Assembly: GCA_043827405.1 (NCBI GenBank)
Contig: JBDRPD010000053.1
Span: 64,001 to 128,000, forward strand
Source: Elusimicrobiota bacterium
Lineage (GTDB): Bacteria; Elusimicrobiota; Elusimicrobia; UBA1565
DNA: 64,000 nucleotides
Direction of reading: 5' to 3'
In this document: piece by piece, positions 36,537-47,284 of the stretch
How positions within the stretch are numbered: position 1 is the stretch's first letter
Layout: each line of letters begins with the position of its first letter
The notes under the pieces: model-generated
What the model was told of the DNA's origin: nothing
What the model saw: the letters and a program-made list of their open reading frames with translations, nothing else
The model's database searches: none
Made by a program: the position numbers and the translations under genes

Positions 36537-39500
36537 ATGGCCAAATCCGTAGCCGCCGGCCGGGGGCTCCTTTTCTGCCTCCTGGCGGGCGCGTTGTTAT
36601 TGTGCGGCTTACCGGCTGAGCTTTTCGCCCAGCACGGCAAGCTCTCACCGCGCCTGCGCACCATGCGCCGGCAGGCCGCTGAGGGCCGTCCCGTCACCGG
36701 CTTCGGCGTCGCCGCGGACGCCGGCACGGCGGATCCCATCGTCAGCCTGCTGCTGCGCCTGCGCCCGGGAGCGACCCGGGAAGCCGTCGTCGCGCGCTAT
36801 CCCGGCTCCCACTTCGGCGTCCTCAACGGACGCATCCTGACGGCTCGTCTACGCGCCTCGCTGCTGGACGCCATCGACACCGACCCGGACGTGGACTACG
36901 CCGAGTCGCCGGCGCGCTATGAGCCCGCGCTTGAGATCGCGAAGTCCTCCACCACCAGCGGCTCCGTCTACCTCGGCATCCTCGATCCCAGCTCGGTGGA
37001 CTTCGGCGCCAATAAGGGCCAGGGCGTGGTGATCGGCTTCGTCGACACCGGCATCGACTGGGACCACTACGACTTCCGCGACGACGTCAATGTACTGCAA
37101 AGCCGCATTCTCTCCATCTGGGACCAGACGATAGCCTCCCATGGCGGCGGGCCCAACCCCGCGGGCTACGCCTACGGCGCGGAGTACACCCAAACCCAGA
37201 TCAACAATGAAATCGACGGCCTCCCCGCCGGCGTCCTGCAGACCCTGGACACCAACGGCCACGGCTCCCATGTCGCCGGCATCGCGGCGGGCGACGGCAG
37301 CGACTCGGACGGCAGCCCCGCCGCCGGCACCTATAGCGGCATCGCACCCCAAGCCGATATCATCATGGTCAAGACCAGCTTCATCCCCAGCGACATCCTC
37401 GACGGCGTCAACTATATCGTCGGCAAAGCCGCCGCCGCGGGCAAGCGCGCCGTCGTCAACCTCAGCATCCAGGGCCAAAGCGGCGCCCATGACGGCACGC
37501 TGAGCTTCGAGCAGGGAATCAATACCGTTGCCGCCAGCACGCCGGTAGTCATCGCCATGGGCAACTATCACGACAAGAGCGACCATGCGCTCTACACCTT
37601 CGCCCCCAGCGGCATCCACAGCTTTACGGCCAGCCGGATCCTCGCGGCCTCAACTTTGGAGTTTGAGTTCTGGGCCGCCACCGGCGACGCCTACGACCTG
37701 ACCATCACCGACGGCATCAACACCCCGGTCTCGGTCTCCAACAACCAGGACAAGACCAGCCAGGCCATGGGCACCGCCTCTCTCGATATCTACAACGGGA
37801 CCAACTCGCACCCCGGCGGCGACAAGCAGATTCTGATCACCATCACCGGCACCATCAGCCAGAGCAACTTCACCTTCAGCTTCACCCGCGTCTCCAACGG
37901 CGGCACCGGCAAGCTGCACGGCTGGAATATCTACACCGACTACGCGAACTTTACCAGCGACGTCGACCTGACCAGCACGCTGACCTCCCCGTCGGTAATC
38001 GCCAACGGCATCGGCGTCGGTTCCTACTGCAGCAAACAGACCTGGTACGACGGCACCAATACCCAGCAGACCGACGCCTGCACTTTGGGTGAGATATCTT
38101 CTTTCAGCGGCCACGGCCCCACGCGCGACGGACGGCAGAAGCCCGACATCGCGGCCCCCGGCCATCGCCTCGCCTCGACGCTGAGCACCGACTCCTCCGC
38201 GACTTCGGCCTATACCGCGCAGGACAACCGCCACTACCTCCGGCGCGGGACCTCGATGGCGGCGCCGGTCGTCGCCGGCGCGATCGCGGTGCGGATCCAG
38301 CAGAACTCAACGCTCACCGCCGCCCAGATCAAGTCCAACCTGCAAACCGATACCCACACCGATTCCATGACCGGCGCCAGCCTCCCCGACGGGACCTGGG
38401 GCTACGGCAAACTTAAGGTTTTGGCCTGCGGGAACACCGTCGACAGCGCGCCCTCGGCCGCCGTGCCGGTCACCCTGGGAGCTTCATCGATTTCCTGGAC
38501 CTGGGGCGCGGTCACCAACGCCACGTCCTACAACATCTACTATGCCACCGATACGGGCACCCTGATCGCCAATGTCGCCTCCCCGGCCTACACCTTCACC
38601 AGCCTCGCGGCGAACACCGACTACCGCCTCGAAATCCGCGGACAGAACATCTGCGGCGAGGGTACGGGCGGCGTCTCGCTGACCACGGCGACGCTCACCG
38701 TCCCGGTCTCCGGCAGCGGGACCTTCGCTCAGGAGATCACGCGCGTCACCGTCGGCTACAGCAAGCTCAGCGGGCAGAACGAAGGCTATCTGCTGCATGC
38801 CTCGACCGCCGCCGACTTCACCGGAACGATATTCTCCAGCTCCACGCCAAACTCGGACCTCGGCACTTTGCTGATCGAGGGCTTAAGCGGCTTCACCACC
38901 TACTACTTCCGCATCGGCACGCTCAACCCGCAGGGCGCGTCGGTCTTCTCGACGCTCGGCTCGACTAGAACCGACACCACTTTGCTCGCTCCCGGCACGT
39001 CCACTTTTTCCAACATCTCGGAGAGCGCGCTGCGCGCGAACTGGACCCGCAACGGCAATCCGTCCGGGCTGCAGTATTTCGCGTACCTCTCGACGGCGGC
39101 GGACTTCAGCGGCACGCTGCTGACCGAACAGACAAGCGGCCTTTACGCCGACTTCTCGAGTCTGTCGGCCAACGCCACCTATTATTTCCAGGTCCGCCCG
39201 GCCACCGGCCCATTCGGCGCAGCCTCATCGACGGCCACCCATGCCCTGGCGCCCGGCGCCGTCACGCCGGCCTTTACCGGCGTCTACCTGTCCAGCGTCA
39301 CGGCCTACTGGACCGACGGCGGCAACCCCTCCGGCACCTGGATGCTGGTTGAGTCCTCGACCGAAGCCGGCTTCGGGACACTGATCGACTCATCGAGCAC
39401 CCAGAATACCTCGCGCCTGCTGACCGGCGTCTGGACCAATACCACGGTCTACGTGCGGGTCTCGGCGCTCAACCGCCACGGCATCCCCACATCCTATCTG

Positions 39501-40547
39501 ACGCTCTCGACGGCCACTATGGCCAATCCGCCCGGCCTTGTCGCCGCGCCGTTCGCCAGCGTGACCTCGTCGATCACGGTGCGCTGGACGCCGCTGCCCA
39601 CATCCCCCTCTTCGGCGGCCTGCCAGGGCTATCAGGTGGAGGCCTCCACCTCGCCCACGTTTTATCCGATCGCCACCGCCAACCGCACCGCCGATGCGGC
39701 CGCGAGCTCGCTGGGAGTGGAGGGCCTGCTGTTTCAGACGACGTATTACCTGCGCGTCGGCGCGGTCAACCTCAACGGCGTCCCCACCTTCACCAACTTG
39801 GGCTCCAGCGTAACCGTGATAGCGATACTCTCCAGCAGCACGCTCAACGGGAGCGAGCTGACGCTGTCCATCCTGCCGTCGGTACTGCAGCTCCAATACG
39901 TCGAGGTGAATATCCCGCCCGGCACGCTGCCGGACGGGGTGAGCGTCACCGTCAACGCGAGCGTGCCTTTTGATTTCGACTCATCGGCGGTCAAGCAGGT
40001 AAACCTGACCCCGCTGGGCGCCGGCGTCGCCATCGATATCGACGCGCAGGGAAATCAGCCGCTGGGTCCGGTGGCGATCCGTATGGACTACGATCCCGCC
40101 TTCCTGCCGCCCGGCGTCAGCAAGCACCAGCTGGTCATCGCGCACCTGCGCGACGGCTACTGGGACGTGCTGGAAACGGAAAACGACACCGCCGGCAATG
40201 TCCTGCGGGCGCAGACCCGGCACTTCTCGCTGTTCGCGCCGTTCTATGTCGCCGCGGGCACGGCGCTGGATAATGTGCAGATCTTCCCGATCCCCTGGAT
40301 GCCGGGCTCCGGAGACGCCAATTACGACGCGCCCAAGCTGAGCATCATGAATCTCCCCGCGGGAGGAAGCGTTCAGCTCTATTCCATAATCGGCGAATCG
40401 CTCGGCACCTGGGACGCGAGCGCCGCCGGCATGGTCTACTGGGACGGAAAATCCAAGCGCGGCATGGAAGCCGGCTCCGGGACCTACCTGGTCGTCATCT
40501 CCGGGGCGGGCGCGCGCCGGGTCGAGCGCGTGGTGGTTATCCGATGA
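36537..40547 (+). CDS. Secreted S8 (subtilase) serine protease with FN3-like repeats and a C-terminal T9SS-CTD/FlgD-like domain
   Basis: Signal peptide; triad DTG, HGSHVAG, GTSMAAP; Thr/Ser-rich FN3-like repeats; C-terminal FPIPW…WDGK…SGTYLVVI…VVVIR. Confidence 0.88.
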   Translation: MAKSVAAGRGLLFCLLAGALLLCGLPAELFAQHGKLSPRLRTMRRQAAEGRPVTGFGVAADAGTADPIVSLLLRLRPGATREAVVARYPGSHFGVLNGRILTARLRASLLDAIDTDPDVDYAESPARYEPALEIAKSSTTSGSVYLGILDPSSVDFGANKGQGVVIGFVDTGIDWDHYDFRDDVNVLQSRILSIWDQTIASHGGGPNPAGYAYGAEYTQTQINNEIDGLPAGVLQTLDTNGHGSHVAGIAAGDGSDSDGSPAAGTYSGIAPQADIIMVKTSFIPSDILDGVNYIVGKAAAAGKRAVVNLSIQGQSGAHDGTLSFEQGINTVAASTPVVIAMGNYHDKSDHALYTFAPSGIHSFTASRILAASTLEFEFWAATGDAYDLTITDGINTPVSVSNNQDKTSQAMGTASLDIYNGTNSHPGGDKQILITITGTISQSNFTFSFTRVSNGGTGKLHGWNIYTDYANFTSDVDLTSTLTSPSVIANGIGVGSYCSKQTWYDGTNTQQTDACTLGEISSFSGHGPTRDGRQKPDIAAPGHRLASTLSTDSSATSAYTAQDNRHYLRRGTSMAAPVVAGAIAVRIQQNSTLTAAQIKSNLQTDTHTDSMTGASLPDGTWGYGKLKVLACGNTVDSAPSAAVPVTLGASSISWTWGAVTNATSYNIYYATDTGTLIANVASPAYTFTSLAANTDYRLEIRGQNICGEGTGGVSLTTATLTVPVSGSGTFAQEITRVTVGYSKLSGQNEGYLLHASTAADFTGTIFSSSTPNSDLGTLLIEGLSGFTTYYFRIGTLNPQGASVFSTLGSTRTDTTLLAPGTSTFSNISESALRANWTRNGNPSGLQYFAYLSTAADFSGTLLTEQTSGLYADFSSLSANATYYFQVRPATGPFGAASSTATHALAPGAVTPAFTGVYLSSVTAYWTDGGNPSGTWMLVESSTEAGFGTLIDSSSTQNTSRLLTGVWTNTTVYVRVSALNRHGIPTSYLTLSTATMANPPGLVAAPFASVTSSITVRWTPLPTSPSSAACQGYQVEASTSPTFYPIATANRTADAAASSLGVEGLLFQTTYYLRVGAVNLNGVPTFTNLGSSVTVIAILSSSTLNGSELTLSILPSVLQLQYVEVNIPPGTLPDGVSVTVNASVPFDFDSSAVKQVNLTPLGAGVAIDIDAQGNQPLGPVAIRMDYDPAFLPPGVSKHQLVIAHLRDGYWDVLETENDTAGNVLRAQTRHFSLFAPFYVAAGTALDNVQIFPIPWMPGSGDANYDAPKLSIMNLPAGGSVQLYSIIGESLGTWDASAAGMVYWDGKSKRGMEAGSGTYLVVISGAGARRVERVVVIR

Positions 40548-41569
40548 GGGGCGCGCTCCTGCTGCTGGCGCTTGCCCTTCCCGCGAGCGCGTCGATCAGC
40601 AACACCGGCGGGTCGACGGCGCAGTTCCTGCGCATCGGCGCCGGCGCCCGGGCGCTGGGCATGGGAGACGCCTTCAGCGCCGTAGCCGAAGGCCCGGCCG
40701 CCATATACTGGAATCCCGCCGGCCTCGCGCAGCAGCGCCGGCCCGAACTCGGCTACACCCACATCGAGCTTCTGGATTTTTTCCATCACGAGCATATCGC
40801 CTACGCGCATCCCATTCCCCTGCTGCGCGGAACGCTCGGGACGGCGCTGACCTTCTTCTACGAGGACCGGCAGGATCTGGTCACCAACCGCAATGTGAAG
40901 GTCGGAACCTTTAAAAACCACAGCGAAGTGTTCGCCTTCGCCTATGCGCGCGCATTCCGCATCGGCCACGACTGGGGGATGAGCGACCGCGACGCCTTCG
41001 CCGATCTCTGGCGCCTGGGCGGAGCGGAAATGCCCCTGCGGCCGGCGGACGAGATATGGAACGGCAACCTGCTGCTGGGGCTGTCCCTTAAAGGGGTGCG
41101 CAGCACGCTCTATGATCGCTCCGCGACGGCCTTCGCGGTGGACGGCGGCGCGATCTTCCGTCATTACGCGCTGTCCAAGATGAGTCTCAGCTTCGTTTTT
41201 CGCAATATCGGCACCAAGCACCGCTTTATCAATAAGGCGCAGGACCTGCCCGCCGAGTTCTCGTTCGCCGCGGCCTTCGATCAGCGCTGGGACCGGCACC
41301 GCGTCCTGCCGGTCTTTGAATGCGTGGTCCCCGTCTACGGCGTACCGACGGGGAGGCTGGGGGTGGAGTACAGTTTCCCGGTGAGCGACGACGCCTACGC
41401 CGCGGTGCGCGCCGGCTACAAATCCCTGCAGGCGCATGAGATCGGCGCGCTGTCCGGCTTGACCGGAGGCATCGGCTTCGGCTACCGGCACCTCTCGGTC
41501 GACTTCGGCCTGCAGCCGATGGCGGTGCTGGGCGAAGCCTTCCGCGCCGAGATTTCCTACCGTTTCTAG
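40544..41569 (+). CDS. PorV/PorQ-family outer-membrane beta-barrel protein
   Basis: Signal peptide, FLRIGAGARALGMG, YWNPAGL, C-terminal YRF; ATGA overlap with the protease. Confidence 0.82.
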   Translation: MRGALLLLALALPASASISNTGGSTAQFLRIGAGARALGMGDAFSAVAEGPAAIYWNPAGLAQQRRPELGYTHIELLDFFHHEHIAYAHPIPLLRGTLGTALTFFYEDRQDLVTNRNVKVGTFKNHSEVFAFAYARAFRIGHDWGMSDRDAFADLWRLGGAEMPLRPADEIWNGNLLLGLSLKGVRSTLYDRSATAFAVDGGAIFRHYALSKMSLSFVFRNIGTKHRFINKAQDLPAEFSFAAAFDQRWDRHRVLPVFECVVPVYGVPTGRLGVEYSFPVSDDAYAAVRAGYKSLQAHEIGALSGLTGGIGFGYRHLSVDFGLQPMAVLGEAFRAEISYRF

Positions 41570-41614
41570 CTGCCTACCGGGGACTGGAAGCCTCAACCCC
41601 TTAGTCCATCGAGG

Positions 41615-41678
41615 CAGCTTGCCCCGACGACGACAGGATACTGCGCTGATGCGAAACTGTCGTCGTCGGGGCTAGCTG
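41615..41678. terminator. Strong GC-rich inverted repeat between convergent genes (probable bidirectional terminator)
   Basis: GCCCCGACGACGACAG (41621-41636) and CTGTCGTCGTCGGGGC (41657-41672) form a perfect 16-bp stem, extendable to 22 bp with one mismatch; no clear U-tract. Confidence 0.5.
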
Positions 41679-41911
41679 ATGCTGATCGGAGGGAAGTCCC
41701 CTTTCGACCAGCGGACGTCGCCGTCCGGTCCGACGAAGTAGTACAGCGGCATGCCCCGGACGCGGCACAGCTTCGCGACGCGGCCGTCCGCATCGAGCAG
41801 CATCTTGTACTCCACCTTGCTGCCGCGCAGATAGCCGACGGTGCGCGGGCGCTGCCCGTTCTGGAACAGCTTCGTCCCGATCAGTTCTTCTTCAACTTTT
41901 TTTATCTTCAT
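41672..41911 (-). pseudogene. C-terminal fragment of a TlpA/thioredoxin-like protein
   Basis: YKMLLDADGRVAKLCRVRGMPLYYFVGPDG resembles the TlpA C-terminal half; no N-terminal CxxC; 5' part runs into low-GC DNA. Confidence 0.5.
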
Positions 41912-42134
41912 AGGATTACCTTGCAGACAGTGTACTCCGGGACGGGTTTTTCACTATGAAGCGAAGGGGCAGGCAGATTCGGGTATTGGCTCCAGAACGG
42001 CCTATTCCTAAACTCTCACTAATGTGAAATGGAAGTTCACAGCGGGGAGCGGCTTCCGCATGATTTTTGCGCTCTGCGGACGCTATTGTTAGGGCGCTCA
42101 GTCTGGAACTTAACTTGCTCCTCATTCGTATATA

Positions 42135-42674
42135 TTGGGAGTGGCGTCCTCAAAAGTCCCTATAGTCACACCTTCGCTATATTTTATCCGGGGACAGCAG
42201 GTGATCCTGGACTCGGATCTGGCGGTGTTGTTCGGTGTCTCGACGAAACGGCTTAACGAACAAATCCGGCGCAACCGAGATCGCTTCCCTGTTGATTTCG
42301 CATTTCGCCTAAATTCGACCGAATCCGAATTTTTGAGGTCGCAAATTGCGACCTCAAAAAAAGGACGCGGAGGCCGTCGATATTTGCCTTTCGTGCTGAC
42401 TGAACACGGAGTTGTAATGGCGGCGAACGTGTTGAACTCAGTTCGGGCAGTCGCCATGAGTGTTGAAGTCGTAAGGGTTTTTGTCCGGTTTCGCAAAGCA
42501 CTTCATTCCCGAGGCTCTCTCGCGAAGAAGCTTGAACAGCTCGAACAGGCAGTAAAAACGCGTTTAGACAAGAACGACACGGAAATCGAAGAATTATTCC
42601 AGGCCGTTGAATCGCTCATAAACATTAATGTCGATAGTCCTGGTCCAAATAGAAAAATAGGATTTGTTCCATGA
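42135..42674 (+). CDS. ORF6N-domain DNA-binding protein
   Basis: IRGQQVILDSDLAVLFGVSTKRLNEQIRRNRDRFPVDFAFRL…LPFVLTEHGVVMAANVLNS; C-terminal KIGF; lower GC than flanks. Confidence 0.88.
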   Translation: MGVASSKVPIVTPSLYFIRGQQVILDSDLAVLFGVSTKRLNEQIRRNRDRFPVDFAFRLNSTESEFLRSQIATSKKGRGGRRYLPFVLTEHGVVMAANVLNSVRAVAMSVEVVRVFVRFRKALHSRGSLAKKLEQLEQAVKTRLDKNDTEIEELFQAVESLININVDSPGPNRKIGFVP

Positions 42675-42758
42675 ATCGCTCTAACGGGGGCGCAAATACT
42701 GCGGGGTGGCAGGCCCAGACACCATATGAGCCCGGGATGAGGGATTGGCGGCAGCCGC

Positions 42759-43619
42759 TCAGAACGGCATAACCTTGCGCACCACCGTCTCGATCAGAAA
42801 GAACGCCGTATCGGGTCCCTTGCGGTCGGTGGTGCAGACGTCCGCCGCCTGCACGCTCTGAATCAAATGCGGGTAGTACTCGCGCAGCTCAAGCTCGGAG
42901 GCGCGGGTAAACAGATGCTGCTTCATCATGATGCCGCCGCGCCGGTCTCCCATCTGGTCCCACAGCTTGCGCAGGCCGTCGAGGTTGGGATCGTAGTAGT
43001 CGGTGCGGGGATAGAGGTACACCTTGCCCGCATTAGGGCAGTAGTACTCCCCCTTCTTGTCCTCGGAGACGAGCTTTACCTTGAGCAGACGCTTGAGCGA
43101 CTTCTTCACCACCGGCTGCTGAAATCCCGTCGCCTTGGCGAGCTCCGCGACGCTCCAATGCCCGATGTCGTTGGCCAGCACCGTAAACACCCAGTAGAGC
43201 TCGGATGACGAGTTCACGCAGGAGGCCTGCTCTTTGGTGAAGGGGATGCTGCGCGCCTCGTAGTTGCGCACCATGGCCTTGCGCAGCGGCGCCACCGGGA
43301 CCTCGGCCGAACGCACCGTGGAGGTCATGGCGCTGACGATGAGCTTGAACAAGCTCTCCGTTCCGACCAAGCTCTTAAGATAGGACTCGACGAACTCCTT
43401 GCGCCGCGAGGCGTCGTAGGGCAGGCGCAGGGCCTGCGAGATCTTTTCGACCAGCTTGGCCCCGGGCGCCGACACGCCCTTCTCCACGTTGAGGTACTGC
43501 CGGTAGGTGCAGCCGAAAAAAACCCGGCCGCCGGAATCCTGATAGAACGAGCGCGCCGAGTTATGCCCCGCGTCCGACCTCAGCGTCTGCAGCGTATTGG
43601 AAAAATATTCCCAGGACAT
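42759..43619 (-). CDS. Putative DNA-binding protein (N-terminal XRE-like HTH, central winged helix)
   Basis: YRQYLNVEKG…P XRE-like segment; SVAELAKATG…VKKSLKRL winged-helix-like segment; ATG at 43619. Confidence 0.5.
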   Translation of the reverse strand: MSWEYFSNTLQTLRSDAGHNSARSFYQDSGGRVFFGCTYRQYLNVEKGVSAPGAKLVEKISQALRLPYDASRRKEFVESYLKSLVGTESLFKLIVSAMTSTVRSAEVPVAPLRKAMVRNYEARSIPFTKEQASCVNSSSELYWVFTVLANDIGHWSVAELAKATGFQQPVVKKSLKRLLKVKLVSEDKKGEYYCPNAGKVYLYPRTDYYDPNLDGLRKLWDQMGDRRGGIMMKQHLFTRASELELREYYPHLIQSVQAADVCTTDRKGPDTAFFLIETVVRKVMPF

Positions 43620-43623
43620 AGGG

Positions 43624-44121
43624 TCACCTGTAGTTCTCGAACTGCAGCGCCAGGCCAAAGTCCTTGCCCTTGAGAAAGGAGATCGCCTCCTGCAGCTCGT
43701 CTTTCGATTTGGCCGTCACCCGCAGCTGGTCCTTCTGGATGGACGCCTGGACCTTCAGCTTGGTCTTCTTGAGCTCTTTGACGATCTCTTTAGCCTTATC
43801 GGAAGGAATTCCCTGCGTGATCTTGACGAGCATCCGCGCCGTACCGCCGAGGGCGCTTTCCACCTTCTCATCGACGAAATTCTTCAGCGGTAGTTCGCGC
43901 TTGGCCAGCCGCATATTGAGCACATCCAGCAGCGCCTTCACCTTGAAATCGTCGGTGGACTGCAGCGTCAAAACCGCCGCCTTCTGATCATATTCAATCG
44001 TGGATTTGGTGCCGCGGAAGTCATAGCGATTGCCGATCTCCTTGAGCGCGACCTGAACGCAGTCGCCGATCGCGTGCATGTCGACCTTGGATACGACGTC
44101 GAACGAGAATTCCTTTGCCAT
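43624..44121 (-). CDS. yajQ: YajQ family nucleotide / c-di-GMP-binding protein
   Basis: SFDVVSKVD, RYDFRG, QGI, KVQASIQ, LRVT, LQFENYR. Confidence 0.93.
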   Translation of the reverse strand: MAKEFSFDVVSKVDMHAIGDCVQVALKEIGNRYDFRGTKSTIEYDQKAAVLTLQSTDDFKVKALLDVLNMRLAKRELPLKNFVDEKVESALGGTARMLVKITQGIPSDKAKEIVKELKKTKLKVQASIQKDQLRVTAKSKDELQEAISFLKGKDFGLALQFENYR

Positions 44122-44126
44122 AGCTC

Positions 44127-45788
44127 CTACTCCAGTCCCATGGGAATTTTTACGCCCTTCTTGCGCGCCACCGCTTTGGCTTCGTCGTAGCCGGCGTCCA
44201 CATGGCGCGCCACGCCGATACCCGGGTCATTATTGAGCACCCGGTCCAGCCGCACCGCCATCTCGGGCGTGCCGTCGGCCACGATGACTTGTCCGGCATG
44301 CAGAGCGTAGCCGATGCCCACGCCGCCGCCGTGATGGAAACTGACCCAGGAGGCGCCGGACGCCGTATTGAGCAGGGCATTGAGTATCGGCCAGTCGGCG
44401 ATCGCGTCCGAGCCGTCCTTCATCGCCTCCGTCTCGCGGTAGGGGCTGGCCACCGAACCGCAGTCCAAATGGTCGCGCCCGATCACGATCGGCGCCGAGA
44501 TCTTTCCTTCCTTTACCAGTTCATTGAAGCGCAGCCCGGCTTTGGCGCGGTCCCCCATGCCCAGCCAGCATATGCGGCAGGGAAGGCCCTGGAACTGGAC
44601 CTTCTCCTGCGCCATCAGGATCCACCGCGCCAGCGACTTATCCTCGGGAAAAAGCTCGAGGATGGCCTTGTCGGTCTCCGCGATATCGGCGGGATCGCCC
44701 GAGAGCGCCGCCCAGCGAAACGGCCCCTTGCCCTCGCAGAACAGCGGACGGATGAACGCCGGAACGAAGCCCGGGAAATCATAGGCGTTCTCCACCCCGG
44801 CCTTATGCGCCATGGTGCGGATATTGTTGCCGTAATCGAAGGTAATGGCGCCCTGCTTCTGGAGCTCCAGCATCGCCCTGACATGGACGGCTATCGACGC
44901 CATGGAGCGCTTTTCGCAGCCCTTGGGATCGCGGTAGCGCAGGGCCGCCGCCTCTTCCAGGCTCAAGCCTTGCGGAATATAGCCATAGAGGGGATCATGC
45001 GCCGAAGTCTGGTCGGTCAGCAGGTCGATCTCGATGCCGCGCTTGGCGATTTCCGGCAGCAGCTCGGCGGCGTTGCCCAGCAGACCGACCGACAGCGGCT
45101 CCTTCTTGCGCTTGGCCTCCAGCACCAGCTCCAGCGCCTTATCCAGATCCGTCTCCATGCGGTCGATATAGCGCGTCTCCAGGCGCTTCTTGATGCGCTC
45201 TGGATCGACTTCGATCCCGAGAAAACTGGCGCCGCACATGGTCGCGGCCAGCGGCTGGGCGCCGCCCATGCCGCCCAGGCCGGCGGTCACCAGCAGCCGG
45301 CCCTCCAGCGTGCCGCCGAAATGCTGCCGCGCGGCTTCGGCGAAGGTCTCGTAGGTGCCCTGCAGAATACCCTGCGTTCCGATGTAAATCCAGGAGCCGG
45401 CGGTCATCTGGCCGAACATTATGAGCCCCTTCTTCTCGAGCTCGTTGAAAACGTCCCAGTTCGCCCACTCCCCGACCAGATTGGCATTGGCGATCAGCAC
45501 CCGGGGAGAATGCTCATGGGTGCGGAACACCCCGACCGGCTTGCCGGACTGAATGAGCAGCGTCTCGTCGTTCTCCAGCTTGCGCAGGCAGTCGACGATG
45601 GCATGGTAGCACTCCCAGTTGCGGGCCGCCTTGCCCCGCCCGCCATAGACCACCAGATCCTGCGGGCGCTCGGCCACCTCGGGATCAAGATTATTCATCA
45701 GCATGCGCAGCGCCGCTTCCTGCTGCCAGCCCTTGCAGGTCAGCTGCGAGCCGCGCGGCGCACGAATCGCCGTTTGCGTTGCCGTCAT
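44127..45788 (-). CDS. hutU: Urocanate hydratase
   Basis: [40 protein letters not shown]. Confidence 0.97.
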   Translation of the reverse strand: MTATQTAIRAPRGSQLTCKGWQQEAALRMLMNNLDPEVAERPQDLVVYGGRGKAARNWECYHAIVDCLRKLENDETLLIQSGKPVGVFRTHEHSPRVLIANANLVGEWANWDVFNELEKKGLIMFGQMTAGSWIYIGTQGILQGTYETFAEAARQHFGGTLEGRLLVTAGLGGMGGAQPLAATMCGASFLGIEVDPERIKKRLETRYIDRMETDLDKALELVLEAKRKKEPLSVGLLGNAAELLPEIAKRGIEIDLLTDQTSAHDPLYGYIPQGLSLEEAAALRYRDPKGCEKRSMASIAVHVRAMLELQKQGAITFDYGNNIRTMAHKAGVENAYDFPGFVPAFIRPLFCEGKGPFRWAALSGDPADIAETDKAILELFPEDKSLARWILMAQEKVQFQGLPCRICWLGMGDRAKAGLRFNELVKEGKISAPIVIGRDHLDCGSVASPYRETEAMKDGSDAIADWPILNALLNTASGASWVSFHHGGGVGIGYALHAGQVIVADGTPEMAVRLDRVLNNDPGIGVARHVDAGYDEAKAVARKKGVKIPMGLE

Positions 45789-47284
45789 ATGATCCCTCCG
45801 AAGTAGTCCAGCAGTATGAGACGCTGCGTCGTCTCGATCCGCTCCGCGAGCGGTTCATCCCCGCGCAGCGGCTTGACGTGCCGGCGCAGCCGCCGGTACA
45901 GCTCCGCCACGCCCCGGCCGGGCCGCAGCGGCTTATGGAACTCGAGCCCTTGCGTCGCGGCGAGCAGCTCGATCGAAATCACATGCGCGGTGTTCTCGAT
46001 GATCAAGCCCAGCTTGAGCGCGGCCCACATCCCCATGCTGACAAAATCCTCTTTATTGGCGGACGTCGGCACGGAGTCGGACGACGCGGGATGCGCGAGC
46101 GTCTTGTTCTCGGACACCAGCGCCGCGGCCGTAACCTGCGGGATCATGAAGCCCGACTCCAGGCCGGGGTTGCCGGCCAAAAAAGCCGGCAGGCCGGGCC
46201 CGCCCTGGGAGACGACCTGAAATATCCGCCGCTCGGAGATTCCCCCCAGCACGGTCATGGCCTGCGCCGCGCCGTCGAAAGCAAGAGACAGCGCCTGGCC
46301 GTGGAAATTGCCGCCGGAAAGCAGCTCTTTCCCGAAGATCAGCGGATTGTCGGTGACGCTGCCCATCTCGATCTCTACCGTCCGCCGCCCGGCTTCCAGA
46401 GCGTCGATCACCGCGCCGTGCACTTGGGGGATGCAGCGCAGGCTGTAGGGATCCTGCACCCGCTCATCGTCATCGCGGTGCGACTCCCGGATCTCGCTGT
46501 GCGCCAGCAGCCGCCGCATCCGCGCCGCGGTCTTCACCTGCCCGGGATGCGCTTTAACGCGGGAAAGCCGCGCGTCATAGGGCACCGGAGTCCCCTGAAT
46601 CGCTTCCAGGCTCGCCGCGCCGGCGAGATCGGCCGCAGCGCAAACACGCTTGGCGCGCAGCAGCGCCAGGCCGCCCACCGACTGCATGGTCTGCGTGCCG
46701 TTAATCAGGCTCAGCCCTTCCTTGGCGTCCAAAGTCAGCGGCTTGAGCCCCGCCGCCCGCATAGCGCCGGCCCCGCTCATGACGCGCCCGCGGAAAAATG
46801 CCCGTCCCTCACCGATCAGCGGCAGCGCGGCATGCGCCTGCGGGGCGAGATCGCCGCTGGCGCCCACCGAACCGCGCGACGGGATCCAGGGGAGCACGCC
46901 GCGGTTAAGCATCGCCGCCAGGCGCTCCACGAGCAGCGGCCGGCAGCCGGAATAGCCGCGCGCCAGCTCATTGGCCCGCAAAAAAAGGATGCCGCGCGCT
47001 TCAGCTTCGCTTAACGGCTCCCCGACGCCGCAGGCGTGGCTGAGCAGGAGATTGCGCTGCAGGGTTCGTATCGAGTCGAGCGGAATCCGCGTGGACGCGA
47101 GCTCGCCGAAGCCGGTATTCACTCCATACACCGGACGTCCTGACGACAGCGCCCGTTCCAGGCTGCGCTTGGCCCTGGCCGTGCGCGCCCGCGCGGCCGT
47201 CCCGAAGCGCACTTTGCGCCCCCCCACCGCGACCTCCCACAGGTCCGTCAGGCGCACGTGCGAGCCGAGTTCAAATGCTTTCAT
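45785..47284 (-). CDS. hutH: Histidine ammonia-lyase
   Basis: [17 protein letters not shown] (MIO), [23 protein letters not shown]. Confidence 0.96.
   Translation of the reverse strand: MKAFELGSHVRLTDLWEVAVGGRKVRFGTAARARTARAKRSLERALSSGRPVYGVNTGFGELASTRIPLDSIRTLQRNLLLSHACGVGEPLSEAEARGILFLRANELARGYSGCRPLLVERLAAMLNRGVLPWIPSRGSVGASGDLAPQAHAALPLIGEGRAFFRGRVMSGAGAMRAAGLKPLTLDAKEGLSLINGTQTMQSVGGLALLRAKRVCAAADLAGAASLEAIQGTPVPYDARLSRVKAHPGQVKTAARMRRLLAHSEIRESHRDDDERVQDPYSLRCIPQVHGAVIDALEAGRRTVEIEMGSVTDNPLIFGKELLSGGNFHGQALSLAFDGAAQAMTVLGGISERRIFQVVSQGGPGLPAFLAGNPGLESGFMIPQVTAAALVSENKTLAHPASSDSVPTSANKEDFVSMGMWAALKLGLIIENTAHVISIELLAATQGLEFHKPLRPGRGVAELYRRLRRHVKPLRGDEPLAERIETTQRLILLDYFGGII

Noticed and set aside
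41890..42700. Prophage or IS element
   Set aside because: Only a lone ORF6N gene; no integrase, transposase, structural genes or terminal repeats.
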